Below are positions 14,021 through 23,188 of a DNA stretch of 32,000 nucleotides, in pieces. The notes under the pieces are model-generated. The model had not been told where the DNA came from and searched no databases. It saw nothing but the letters and a program-made list of their open reading frames with translations. Source of the DNA: Dubosiella newyorkensis. Lineage in GTDB: Bacteria; Bacillota_I; Bacilli_A; Erysipelotrichales; Erysipelotrichaceae. The translations under genes were made by a program, and so were the position numbers. The stretch is from the NCBI RefSeq assembly GCF_001945605.1, contig NZ_MPKA01000060.1, forward strand, positions 1 through 32,000. The letters are read 5' to 3'. Positions within the stretch are counted from its first letter, which is position 1. Each line of letters starts with the position of its first letter.

Positions 14021-15727
14021 ATGCTAAAAGGGATTGCGGCAAGTGCAGGCGTAGCGGTAGCAAAAGCGTATAAACTAGAAACACCTGTAGTTGTCATCGA
14101 AAAAAAATCAGGGAATCCTGAAGAAGAAATCAAAAAATTCGAGGATGCTTTAGCAAAAACTGTCAAAGACATCGAAGGCGTTAAGGAAAGAGCTGCAAAA
14201 CGTTTGAGCGACGAAGAATTGGCTGTCTTCGACGCCCATTTAATGATGGCGGGAGATCCTGAATTCGCAAGTCAGATTAAAAATATGATCACGAACGACG
14301 AAGTCAACGCGGAATTCGCGGCGGAAATCGTAGCGAATCAAATGATAGAAATGTTCGAGGCGATGGACAATGATTATTTCCGCGAAAGAGCAGCGGATAT
14401 CAAAGACGTGACATTCCGTTTGAAATGCAATTTGCTCGGTCTTCAAATTCCTGATCTTACAGCGATCGATGAACCAACGATCATTGTCGCGCATGATTTG
14501 ACACCAAGCGACACGGCTCAGCTTAACGAATGGGTCCGTGGCTTCGCGACTGCGATCGGTGGAAAAACATCGCACTCCGCGATCATGGCCAACTCGCTCG
14601 AGATCCCCGCTGTGGTAGGATGCAGCGGAATCATGGAAGCTGTTTCTACAGGTGACATGATCGGGCTTGATGCTTTGGATGGCGAAGTGTTCGTCAATCC
14701 GGATCAAGAAACGATCGAAAGATTAGAAGCGAAAGCAAAAGCGTATAAAGAAGAAAAAGAAGCCTTGAAGATCTTGGTGAACGCGAAATCGATCACAACG
14801 GATGGACACGAAGTCGAGCTTGCCGGCAATATCGGTGGCTTTAAAGATGTGGAAGGTGTATTGAACAATGGCGGAGAAGGCGTTGGTCTATTCAGAACAG
14901 AGTTCTTATATATGGATAACGACCACTTCCCAACGGAAGAAGAGCAATTCGAAGCCTACAAACAAGTGTTGGAAGGAATGAAAGGAAAGAAAGTCGTTGT
15001 TCGTACTTTGGATATCGGCGGCGACAAAAAGCTTTCTTACTATACGTTCCCAGAAGAAATGAACCCATTCTTAGGGTATCGCGCGATCCGTCTTTGCTTG
15101 AAAGAACAAGATATCTTCAAAACACAGCTCCGCGCGTTATGCCGCGCTAGCGTTTATGGAAAACTTTGCATCATGTTCCCGATGATCGCGACGATCGATG
15201 AATTCAGACAAGCGAAAGCGATCTTTGAACAATGCAAGGAAGACTTGATCGCGGAAGGCGTTGCTGTTTCCGACGATATTCAAGTCGGTATGATGGTTGA
15301 GATCCCAGCCGCAGCCGTTTTGGCGGACGAATTCTCGAAATACGCGGACTTCTTCTCGATCGGAACAAACGATTTGATTCAGTATTCGATGGCGGCAGAC
15401 CGTATGTCTGAAAACGTGGCGTATCTCTATCAGCCATACAATCCTTCGATCTTACGTTTGATCAATATGACGATCAAAGGCGCTCATAAAAATGGCAAAT
15501 GGGTCGGCATGTGTGGCGCAATGGCAGGCGAGCCATATGCGGTTCCTATCCTTCTTGGCTTAGGACTCGACGAATTCTCAATGTCGGCTACGCAGATCTT
15601 AAAGGCGCGCAAAGTCGTGACTTCGCTCAGCTATGAAGAAATGCAAAAGCTTGCGGAGCATTGCTTGAATTTAGATTCTGCCGCTGAAGTGCTTGACTAC
15701 GTCAAGAGCGCGGTAGACAAAGACTAA
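14021..15727 (+). CDS. ptsI: Phosphoenolpyruvate-protein phosphotransferase (PTS Enzyme I)
   Basis: MLKGIAASAGVAVAKAY N-terminus, phospho-His region GGKTSHSAIMA and PEP-binding region (TNDLIQY, GMCGAMAG). The start at ATG 14021 lies behind SD AGGAGG. Confidence 0.95.
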   Translation: MLKGIAASAGVAVAKAYKLETPVVVIEKKSGNPEEEIKKFEDALAKTVKDIEGVKERAAKRLSDEELAVFDAHLMMAGDPEFASQIKNMITNDEVNAEFAAEIVANQMIEMFEAMDNDYFRERAADIKDVTFRLKCNLLGLQIPDLTAIDEPTIIVAHDLTPSDTAQLNEWVRGFATAIGGKTSHSAIMANSLEIPAVVGCSGIMEAVSTGDMIGLDALDGEVFVNPDQETIERLEAKAKAYKEEKEALKILVNAKSITTDGHEVELAGNIGGFKDVEGVLNNGGEGVGLFRTEFLYMDNDHFPTEEEQFEAYKQVLEGMKGKKVVVRTLDIGGDKKLSYYTFPEEMNPFLGYRAIRLCLKEQDIFKTQLRALCRASVYGKLCIMFPMIATIDEFRQAKAIFEQCKEDLIAEGVAVSDDIQVGMMVEIPAAAVLADEFSKYADFFSIGTNDLIQYSMAADRMSENVAYLYQPYNPSILRLINMTIKGAHKNGKWVGMCGAMAGEPYAVPILLGLGLDEFSMSATQILKARKVVTSLSYEEMQKLAEHCLNLDSAAEVLDYVKSAVDKD

Positions 15728-15741
15728 TCACAAAAAAGATT

Positions 15742-15766
15742 AAAAGAGGGATCGCCCCTCTTTTTT
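15742..15766 (+). terminator. Rho-independent terminator after ptsI
   Basis: AAAAGAGGG...CCCTCTTTT hairpin (15742-15764) with a T-run to 15766. Confidence 0.8.
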
Positions 15767-15784
15767 CGTGGAAAGGAAGAATTG

Positions 15785-17533
15785 ATGAAACTCATCTGGA
15801 AAACGACGATCCAATATAAAAAACTGCTCCTGATCAATTTTATCTCTGTGTTTGGATTCGCTTTGGCTGAACTAGGCATTCCGACATTGATCGCTCAAAT
15901 GATCGACAGAGGAGTCAATCAAAAAGATCCAGCGACTCTGCGCTCCGATTTTATGATCATTTTGATCATCGCTTTTTTAGGCGTGCTTGGCACCTCGATC
16001 TTAGCTTTCACCTCCACACGGATCTCCACCAATGTCACCTACGATTTAAGAAAAAAGATCTTTGATCATTCGATGGGATTTTCTCATAGCGAAATGGAAA
16101 AATTTGGTATCGCCAGCATGATCACCCGCACCAACAATGACGCCTACCAGATCATGCTCTTCTTGAACACCATTTTAAGAAGCGCGATGATAGCGCCAGT
16201 CATGATGATCGTTTGCGCGATCTTGATCATCAAGACTTCGCTGCCGCTCTCCTCGATCATTTTTGTTACGATCCCGATCATCATCTTTGGCGTAATCTAT
16301 TTTGCGAAAGTGACCGCTCCAATTTCTGAAAAACAACAAAAAGCGCTTGATTCGATCAACCGCATCCTGCGTGAAAATATGTCCGGGATCCGTGTGATCC
16401 GCTCATTCAACAAAGAAAAGGAAGAAGAAGCACGCTTTCAAAAAGAAAACGCCTGGTACACTTCTTTGAGCACGCGCTTATTCAAATGGATGTCTTGCTC
16501 CGAGCCCGTTTTCTTCTTTTTGATGAATCTCGCATCGGTCTTGATCTACTATTTCGCTTCGATCATGATCTCAAACTACACGCTACAAATTGGACAGCTG
16601 ATCGCTTTGACCGAATATTTATTCCACGCCATGATGTCGGTCCTAGTCTTCTGCATGGTTTTCATGATGTATCCTCGAGCCAACGTATCCGCTAAACGGA
16701 TCCAAGAAGTGCTCGATACAAAAATAAGTATCCAGGACCAAGGAGAGAAAAGCTTAAAGGAGGTCAACGAACTCACTTTCTCACACGTATCCTTTCACTA
16801 CACAGGCGGCGAAGAGAAGGTGCTCGATGATCTGTCGTTCACGATCAAAAAAGGTGAAAAACTCGCCGTGATCGGCTCGACAGGATCGGGAAAAAGCACG
16901 CTCGTCAAATTGATCCCCCGCTTTTATGAACCAACCAAAGGCGAGATCTTGATCAACGACATCAATTATGAGCAATACGATCTGCATTCACTACGGAAAC
17001 AGATCGCCTTCATGTTCCAAAAACCACATATTTTTAAAGGAACGATCCGTGAAAATATCTCTTTTGGAAGAAGCGACGCAAGTCGTGAAGAAATCGAAGA
17101 AGCCGCCACTTTAGCGCAAGCTAGATCTTTCATCCTAGAAAAAGGAGATGGATTCGAAGAAGAGATCGATGAAGAGGGAGCCAATCTTTCAGGGGGACAA
17201 AAACAAAGACTCTCGATCGCAAGAGCTCTGCTGAAACAAGCGAGCATCAATATTTACGATGATTCTTTCAGCGCGCTGGACTTTAAAACAGACGCTATGC
17301 TTCGAAAAGCGATCGAACCCCTTCAAAAAGATTCGATCTTCATCATCGTCGCCCAACGCGTAGGAACGATCCTGGATGCTGATCATATCCTCGTTCTCAA
17401 CGAAGGAAAGCAAGTCGGATTTGGAAGGCACGAAGAACTTTTAAAGACATGCCCGATCTATAAAGAGATCGTCTTATCGCAAATCAGCGAAGAGGAGGTG
17501 GAAAAGTATGTCCAAAAAACTGCGCTTTCGTGA
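15785..17533 (+). CDS. Heterodimeric ABC exporter, subunit with the degenerate ATPase site (LmrC/BmrC/TM287-like)
   Basis: 6-TM domain plus NBD: Walker A GSTGSGKST and a canonical signature LSGGQKQRLSIAR. Walker B is IYDDSFSALD (Asp in place of the catalytic Glu) and the H-loop is AQR instead of AHR. Confidence 0.9.
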   Translation: MKLIWKTTIQYKKLLLINFISVFGFALAELGIPTLIAQMIDRGVNQKDPATLRSDFMIILIIAFLGVLGTSILAFTSTRISTNVTYDLRKKIFDHSMGFSHSEMEKFGIASMITRTNNDAYQIMLFLNTILRSAMIAPVMMIVCAILIIKTSLPLSSIIFVTIPIIIFGVIYFAKVTAPISEKQQKALDSINRILRENMSGIRVIRSFNKEKEEEARFQKENAWYTSLSTRLFKWMSCSEPVFFFLMNLASVLIYYFASIMISNYTLQIGQLIALTEYLFHAMMSVLVFCMVFMMYPRANVSAKRIQEVLDTKISIQDQGEKSLKEVNELTFSHVSFHYTGGEEKVLDDLSFTIKKGEKLAVIGSTGSGKSTLVKLIPRFYEPTKGEILINDINYEQYDLHSLRKQIAFMFQKPHIFKGTIRENISFGRSDASREEIEEAATLAQARSFILEKGDGFEEEIDEEGANLSGGQKQRLSIARALLKQASINIYDDSFSALDFKTDAMLRKAIEPLQKDSIFIIVAQRVGTILDADHILVLNEGKQVGFGRHEELLKTCPIYKEIVLSQISEEEVEKYVQKTALS

Positions 17534-19265
17534 ATGCCTCGAACATCTTTATCCGTATTTAAAACGACATCAGCTTAAATTGTGGATCGGACTTTTTCTT
17601 GTCGTGCTCATGCAAGTGATCTACGCCATCATGCCCAGCGTAGAAGGACAGATCACAAGCCAACTTCAATACGATATTATGTACCGCGACTCGCACATCC
17701 AGATGGATAAGATCGTTCATATTCTAGGGATCTTGCTTTGCATCTTTTTTGTGAAGATCACCTCTCAATTCGTTTCCGCTTTTTTCTTGACGGACTCGAT
17801 TCAAAAGACGATGGAGGATATTCGACAAAGCGTTCAAGCCAAGATCAACCATTTGCCGGTCCAATATTTCGATCAACAAGAAACGGGAGATCTTCTTTCC
17901 AGGATCACCAACGATGTTGAAACGCTCTCCAACGCCCTCCAACAAACGCTCTCCCGTGTGATCGGAGCCGTATGTACCTTTTTCTTCGTGTCGTTTATGA
18001 TGTTTCGGATCAATTTGACGATGACTTTGATCGTCTATTTGGCGCTTCCGTTGATCGCTTTGATCTCTTTTGGCTTGATCAAGCGTTCCCAGCCACTCTT
18101 TGACGCCCAGCAACAGTCGCTTTCGATTTTAAGTTCAAGTGTCAACGAGCTCTACAGCGGATTTGATGAGATCATGGCATACAACCAACAAGAGCAAGCA
18201 AAAAAAAGCTTCGATATCGCCAATGATGAAATGCGTAAAACCGGATTTCGGGCCCAATTCGCCTCCGGACTCATTTCGCCTTCGACTTCGCTAGTCACCT
18301 ATATCACGATCGGCTGCGTTGCGTGGTATGGCTGCTTGCAAGTGTTGAGCGGAACGATTTTATTAGGAGAGCTTCAAGCTTTTATTCGATATATTTGGAA
18401 TATCAACGATCCGATCGCGCAGCTATCCCAGCTCTCTTCGGCTGTTCAATCCGCATTTTCCGCGATGAACCGTCTATTTACTTTTTTAGCGATGGATGAA
18501 CTTGAGGACAAAGAAGAGCTCGTTTTGATCCATGAAGTGGATACGATCGAATTCGATCACGTCCGCTTTGGTTATGGCGAAGAAGATTTGATGTCTGACA
18601 TCTCATTTCAAGTTCATCGAGGCGAGCGGGTAGCGATCGTAGGACCTACTGGAGCGGGGAAGACGACATTGACCAATTTATTGCTTCGCTTTTACGATGT
18701 AAAAGAGGGATCGATCAAGATCAACGGAATCGATATTCGACAATTTTCCTATCATCAGCTCCGTGACCTGTTCGGACTTGTTTTACAAGATACATGGCTT
18801 TTTGAAGGAAGCATTTTCGAGAATTTAAAATATGGAAATCCAAAAGCCGATATGAGCGATGTCGTGAAAGCCAGCAAACAAGCCAATGTGCATCATTATA
18901 TCCATACACTAAAAGGCGGATATGAGTCGATGATCAATGAGTCTGGATCCAATATTTCTCAAGGCGAAAAGCAGCTTTTAACGATCGCAAGGGCTCTGCT
19001 CAAAGATCCGCAGATCTTGATCTTGGACGAGGCGACAAGTTCAGTCGATACCCGGCTTGAAGCGCGCCTACAAGCGGCCATGGAAGAGGTGATGAAGAAA
19101 AGAACGAGTTTTGTGATCGCGCACCGACTTTCGACGATCGTTAATGCGGATCTGATCTTAGTGATGGAGCATGGAAAGATCATCGAAACAGGAAGACACG
19201 AAGAACTGCTCGCAAAAAAGGGCGCCTACTACACCTTGTACAACGCCCAATTTTCACAACAATAA
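17508..19265 (+). CDS. Heterodimeric ABC exporter, subunit with the consensus ATPase site (LmrD/BmrD/TM288-like)
   Basis: Walker A GPTGAGKTT, Walker B ILILDEATSSVD and H-loop IAHRLST, but a degenerate signature NISQGEKQLL. It overlaps the upstream partner by 26 nt, with SD GGAGG upstream. Confidence 0.9.
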   Translation: MSKKLRFRECLEHLYPYLKRHQLKLWIGLFLVVLMQVIYAIMPSVEGQITSQLQYDIMYRDSHIQMDKIVHILGILLCIFFVKITSQFVSAFFLTDSIQKTMEDIRQSVQAKINHLPVQYFDQQETGDLLSRITNDVETLSNALQQTLSRVIGAVCTFFFVSFMMFRINLTMTLIVYLALPLIALISFGLIKRSQPLFDAQQQSLSILSSSVNELYSGFDEIMAYNQQEQAKKSFDIANDEMRKTGFRAQFASGLISPSTSLVTYITIGCVAWYGCLQVLSGTILLGELQAFIRYIWNINDPIAQLSQLSSAVQSAFSAMNRLFTFLAMDELEDKEELVLIHEVDTIEFDHVRFGYGEEDLMSDISFQVHRGERVAIVGPTGAGKTTLTNLLLRFYDVKEGSIKINGIDIRQFSYHQLRDLFGLVLQDTWLFEGSIFENLKYGNPKADMSDVVKASKQANVHHYIHTLKGGYESMINESGSNISQGEKQLLTIARALLKDPQILILDEATSSVDTRLEARLQAAMEEVMKKRTSFVIAHRLSTIVNADLILVMEHGKIIETGRHEELLAKKGAYYTLYNAQFSQQ

Positions 19266-19273
19266 CTCTTTTC

Positions 19274-19519
19274 TCAAGAAAGCACTTTCGCCGCGTAGGA
19301 GCAAGCCGGGATGATCGTAAAACCAAGCTGTCTAGCTTTGTCGGCGACCATCAGCACGAGCTCTTTGGCAATACCGCGTCCGCCAAATTCTCTTTGCACT
19401 TCCGTATGCGTGATGATCCAATGATTTCCATCGACTTGATATTGACACAAGCCGACGAGCTGACCATCGTTGTACGCAGCGGAACGACTTTTCGTGCCCT
19501 CAAATACATAATTTATCAT
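19274..19519 (-). CDS. Small GNAT-family acetyltransferase-like protein (YjdJ / PF14542-like)
   Basis: 81 aa. The motif HTEVQREFGGRGIAKELV...IIPACSYA matches the single-domain GNAT family as I recall it. Confidence 0.75.
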   Translation of the reverse strand: MINYVFEGTKSRSAAYNDGQLVGLCQYQVDGNHWIITHTEVQREFGGRGIAKELVLMVADKARQLGFTIIPACSYAAKVLS

Positions 19520-19598
19520 ATCGGTCTCCTCTTTTTTCTAGTCTTATTGTACGCGAAGAAAGGCTTGGAAAAGATCGATTTGCTCAAAACAAATGAGG

Positions 19599-19627
19599 TT
19601 GAATTTGGGTATTTCGTGTGATAGACT
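19599..19627 (+). promoter_or_regulatory. Sigma-A-like promoter of the valS T-box leader
   Basis: TTGAAT (19599-19604), a 17-nt spacer, then TAGACT (19622-19627). Confidence 0.45.
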
Positions 19628-19633
19628 AGTGGA

Positions 19634-19850
19634 AATGGCGATGAGTAAGAGGAGTATTTCTGTTCTTTTTTAAAGAGAGTTTTCGTTTGGTGCAAGAAAA
19701 CAAAAAGGCGGAAAGAAGGTAGCTTATGAGCCGTTCTCTGAGCTGAGTAAGAGAATCCGTGTTCCGCGTTAAGGATCAAAGGCATTTGTTTTCGAATGCG
19801 AATTAAGGTGGTACCACGGCTAGCACGTCCTTAGGGATGTGCTTTTTTTT
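19634..19850 (+). promoter_or_regulatory. T-box riboswitch leader (tRNA-Val responsive) with terminator/antiterminator
   Basis: Stem I K-turn and S-turn GGCGATGAGTAAGAGGAGTA (19637-19656), AGAGAG box (19674-19679) and specifier loop GAAGGTAG (19715-19722, probable GUA at 19719-19721). The T-box sequence is AAGGTGGTACCACGG (19805-19819), with UGGU at 19809-19812. The terminator is AGCACGTCC/GGGATGTGCT (19822-19843) plus T7. Confidence 0.85.
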
Positions 19851-19867
19851 ATAGAAAGGACAAGAAA

Positions 19868-22477
19868 ATGTTAGAAACGAAATATGATCACAAAAAAGTC
19901 GAAGCAGACCGTTATCAAGACTGGATCCAAAAAGGCTATTTTACAGCAGGCGATTTGAGCAAAAAGCCATACTGCATCGTCATACCGCCACCCAATGTTA
20001 CAGGAAAGCTCCATCTAGGACACGCGTGGGATACGACGATCCAAGATATTTTATCTCGCTACAAACGGCTACAAGGATTTGATGTTCTTTGGCTTCCGGG
20101 AATGGATCATGCCGGCATAGCGACCCAAGCCAAAGTCGACGCCCGCCTAAAAGAAGAGGGAATTTCCCGCTACGACATCGGCCGCGAAAAGTTTTTGGAA
20201 CGAGCATGGGCGTGGAAAGAAGAATACGCTTCTACGATCCGCAAACAATGGGCCAAACTCGGCTTGTCTCTTGATTACACTCGCGAGAGATTCACGATGG
20301 ATGAAGGCTTGAGCGAAGCGGTCAAACAAGTGTTTGTCGATCTCTATAACGATGGCTTGATCTATCAAGGAGAGAGGATCATCAACTGGGATCCAGAAGC
20401 GATGACCGCTCTATCCAATATCGAAGTCGAACATAAAGAAATCATGGGCTATATGTACTATTTCAAATACAAAGTCCAAGAAACAGGCGATACGCTGATC
20501 ATCGCTACGACCAGGCCAGAAACGATGTTCGCCGACCAAGCGATCTTCGTCCATCCCGATGATACGCGTTATACCCATTTAGTTGGTAAACATGCGATCA
20601 ATCCGGCCAATGGAGAAGAGCTGCCGATCATGGCGGATGATTATATCGACATGGATTTCGGGACAGCCGTGATGAAATGTACGCCAGCGCATGATCCTAA
20701 CGATTTTCAGCTCGCGAAAAAATACAATTTGAAAATGCCGATCTGTATGAATCCAGATGGAACGATGAACGCTCTGGCTGGTAAATACGAAGGCATGTAC
20801 CGCTTCGAGTGCCGAAAAGCGCTTGTGGAAGATTTCGAAAAAGCAGGTGTCGTCGATCATATCGAAGAACATCCACACCAAGTTGGACATTCGGAACGCA
20901 CAGGTGCGATCGTAGAACCGTATCTTTCCAAACAATGGTTCGTTAAAATGAAACCTCTTGCCGAAGAGGTCCTCAAAAACCAAAATGGCGAGCAAAAGAT
21001 CAGCTTCGTTCCTAGCCGCTTCAACCATACGTTTGAGCAATGGCTCGAGAACATCGAAGACTGGTGCATCTCCCGTCAATTGTGGTGGGGACACCGTATC
21101 CCGGCATGGACCAACCAAGACACAAAGGAGATCTACGTCGGGAAAGAAGCCCCAACAGAAGGGAAGTGGATCCAAGATGAGGATGTCCTCGATACGTGGT
21201 TCTCTTCTGCACTTTGGCCATTTTCTACGTTAGGCTGGCCAGAAAAAACAGCCGATCTAGAACGGTATTTTCCAAACGATGTTCTCGTGACAGGCTATGA
21301 CATCATCTTTTTCTGGGTCGCGCGAATGGCGTTCCAAACTCGCTATATCATGAAAAACCGTCCTTTTAAGGATGTACTGATCCATGGATTGATCCGAGAC
21401 AATCAAGGAAGAAAAATGTCAAAATCGCTAGGCAATGGTGTCGATCCGATGGATGTGATCGATCAAAAGGGCGCCGACGCTTTGCGCTTCTTCTTGACGA
21501 CCAACTCCGCCCCTGGATTGGATCTGCGCTATGACGAAACGAAGATCGACGCTTCTTGGAACTTCATCAACAAGATCTGGAACGCTTCTCGCTACGTATT
21601 GATGCAGTTGGATGAAAATAATACTTCGTTCTCGAAAGAAGACTTGTCGATGGCGGATAAGTGGATCCTAGAAAAGCTCAATGAAACGATCAAAAGCGTC
21701 CGCCTCAATATGGATCGCTATGAGCTCTCGATCGCGGGAAACGAGCTCTATGACTTTATTTGGAATGATTTCTGTTCCTGGTATATCGAACTTTCGAAGC
21801 CGGCTCTCAAAAGCGAAAACAAGAAAGAAGCAGAGACGACAAAAGCCGTATTAGCGTATGTCCTTAAAAACATCTTGATCCTTTTATCTCCATTCACGCC
21901 ATTTATCGCGGAAGAGATCTATTTGCAGCTGCCAGGCCATAAACAATCGATCAACCAAGAAAACTGGCCAGAACTTATCGAACTTGATTATTCTCTGGAT
22001 GAAAAAGAACAAATGGAAATGCTCATCTCGGCAATTCAGGCTGTTCGCGAGATCAAGAACGAATACCATCTCAAGCCAAGTGCCGAGCTGTGGATCACAT
22101 TGAAAACCCAAGATGGAGAGCTCGCCAAACTTGATGAGCACTTAAAAACGCTTCTTTCCGGAATGGCCCACGCGAGCATTGCTGACGATCTGCATACCGA
22201 CGATGTATTGCAGCGTACGATCTCTCACGCCCTTCTTGAAGTGGCGATGAACGAGCTGATCGATCTTGAAGAAGAAAAAGCCAAATGGGAAAAAGAGATC
22301 AAAAAACTGAACGGAGAAGTGATGCGAGGCGAAAAAATGTTGTCAAATCCAAATTTTGTCAACAAAGCGCCAGCTCAAAAAGTCGAAGCCGAGAGCAAAA
22401 AATTAAAAACATATCAAGAACAGCTTCAGATCGCCCAAGACGCCTTAGCTCAAATCATGGAGAAAATGCATGGATAA
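19868..22477 (+). CDS. valS: Valine--tRNA ligase
   Basis: 869 aa with HIGH motif (PPPNVTGKLHLGHA), KMSKS motif, an editing domain and a C-terminal coiled coil. It follows the T-box leader. Confidence 0.97.
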   Translation: MLETKYDHKKVEADRYQDWIQKGYFTAGDLSKKPYCIVIPPPNVTGKLHLGHAWDTTIQDILSRYKRLQGFDVLWLPGMDHAGIATQAKVDARLKEEGISRYDIGREKFLERAWAWKEEYASTIRKQWAKLGLSLDYTRERFTMDEGLSEAVKQVFVDLYNDGLIYQGERIINWDPEAMTALSNIEVEHKEIMGYMYYFKYKVQETGDTLIIATTRPETMFADQAIFVHPDDTRYTHLVGKHAINPANGEELPIMADDYIDMDFGTAVMKCTPAHDPNDFQLAKKYNLKMPICMNPDGTMNALAGKYEGMYRFECRKALVEDFEKAGVVDHIEEHPHQVGHSERTGAIVEPYLSKQWFVKMKPLAEEVLKNQNGEQKISFVPSRFNHTFEQWLENIEDWCISRQLWWGHRIPAWTNQDTKEIYVGKEAPTEGKWIQDEDVLDTWFSSALWPFSTLGWPEKTADLERYFPNDVLVTGYDIIFFWVARMAFQTRYIMKNRPFKDVLIHGLIRDNQGRKMSKSLGNGVDPMDVIDQKGADALRFFLTTNSAPGLDLRYDETKIDASWNFINKIWNASRYVLMQLDENNTSFSKEDLSMADKWILEKLNETIKSVRLNMDRYELSIAGNELYDFIWNDFCSWYIELSKPALKSENKKEAETTKAVLAYVLKNILILLSPFTPFIAEEIYLQLPGHKQSINQENWPELIELDYSLDEKEQMEMLISAIQAVREIKNEYHLKPSAELWITLKTQDGELAKLDEHLKTLLSGMAHASIADDLHTDDVLQRTISHALLEVAMNELIDLEEEKAKWEKEIKKLNGEVMRGEKMLSNPNFVNKAPAQKVEAESKKLKTYQEQLQIAQDALAQIMEKMHG

Positions 22478-22925
22478 GAACGGCGAAGCTTCTACGCTCG
22501 ATCTTCTTTTAACGGTTCTTGCCAGGGTCAGAAAAATATGGAAAGACGAGCTCTCCGTCTATCCGTATTTAAAAGCGCGGGACTTGACGATATTAGATTG
22601 GGTGTATCACTCTAAAAGTCCGATTACGATGCAGGATCTCGCGACCCATTTACACGTCTCACCCGCTGCTGTGACCCAAATGGTCGCCAATTATGAAAAG
22701 CGGGGTCTGCTTCAAAAAGTTCCTAGTCAGATTGATCATCGAATGAATACACTCCAGCTCCATCCTGAGCTTGTCAAACGCATCGAAGGACAAAGACAAC
22801 TCCTAAAAAAACAGCTTGAAAACTTCGAAGCCTTTACAGACCATGAATTTGATTTGAACAAGCTTTTAAGCAAGCTCGCCGAGTTTTTCGAGCAAGAAGA
22901 TGAAAAAACAGATCCTCGACCTTAA
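22470..22925 (+). CDS. MarR-family transcriptional regulator
   Basis: 151 aa with a winged-helix region (ILDWVYHSKSPITMQDLATHLHVSPAAVTQMVANYEKRGLLQKVPSQIDHR). The ATG overlaps the valS stop by 8 nt. Confidence 0.8.
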   Translation: MDKNGEASTLDLLLTVLARVRKIWKDELSVYPYLKARDLTILDWVYHSKSPITMQDLATHLHVSPAAVTQMVANYEKRGLLQKVPSQIDHRMNTLQLHPELVKRIEGQRQLLKKQLENFEAFTDHEFDLNKLLSKLAEFFEQEDEKTDPRP

Positions 22926-23184
22926 AAGCACGAAGGAGCCGATGAAAGAGCTGTGCGTGCTTCTTAAGATCGATGAAAAAAGCATCCACGATCCACGTAC
23001 GATTTTTTTAGAAGAGTATGATCCGATCGTGATCGAGGTACGGCATCGAAAAGAAGGGATGGAACGATTTCCTGAATTCACAGATTATTTAGAAGAGCTT
23101 TCTCAGAAATCGAAAACAGTCTTTATTATTTGGGGAGCGAAAGAAGAAGAAAGCCGGATCATGGAAGAATTGAGGCAAGGGTAA
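22900..23184 (+). CDS. Hypothetical 94-aa acidic cytoplasmic protein
   Basis: ORF-track ORF that overlaps the MarR 3' end by 26 nt and ends 4 nt before the YitT start. The SD is weak and I recognise no family. Confidence 0.45.
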   Translation: MKKQILDLKSTKEPMKELCVLLKIDEKSIHDPRTIFLEEYDPIVIEVRHRKEGMERFPEFTDYLEELSQKSKTVFIIWGAKEEESRIMEELRQG

Positions 23185-23188
23185 AAAT

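Noticed and set aside
15728-15784. Leader peptide or attenuator upstream of the heterodimeric ABC exporter (by analogy with bmrB-bmrCD)
   Set aside because: Only 57 nt are available and most are taken up by the ptsI terminator and the SD. There is no room for a leader ORF.
19715-19722. Reading the valS T-box specifier as GGU (glycine)
   Set aside because: The downstream gene is valS. The GUA-G register is adjacent to the lower helix. The UGGU bulge predicts an A73 discriminator, as in tRNA-Val and not tRNA-Gly. It is kept as a low-interest finding only.
19516-19785. 89-aa minus-strand ORF (and the 75-aa + strand ORF at 19394-19621) between the GNAT gene and valS
   Set aside because: It lies on top of a well-supported T-box leader (K-turn, AGAGAG box, T-box sequence, terminator). 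It has no SD and a low-complexity translation, so I treat it as a chance ORF.
20579-21175. Long antisense ORFs inside well-supported genes: 198 aa in valS, 192 aa at 3472-4050 in rnr, 176 aa at 30413-30943 in rsmB, 160 aa at 6545-7027 in the EF-G paralog
   Set aside because: Each lies opposite a gene with clear family motifs. The translations are Arg/Ser/Phe-rich and motif-free, as expected for shadow ORFs.
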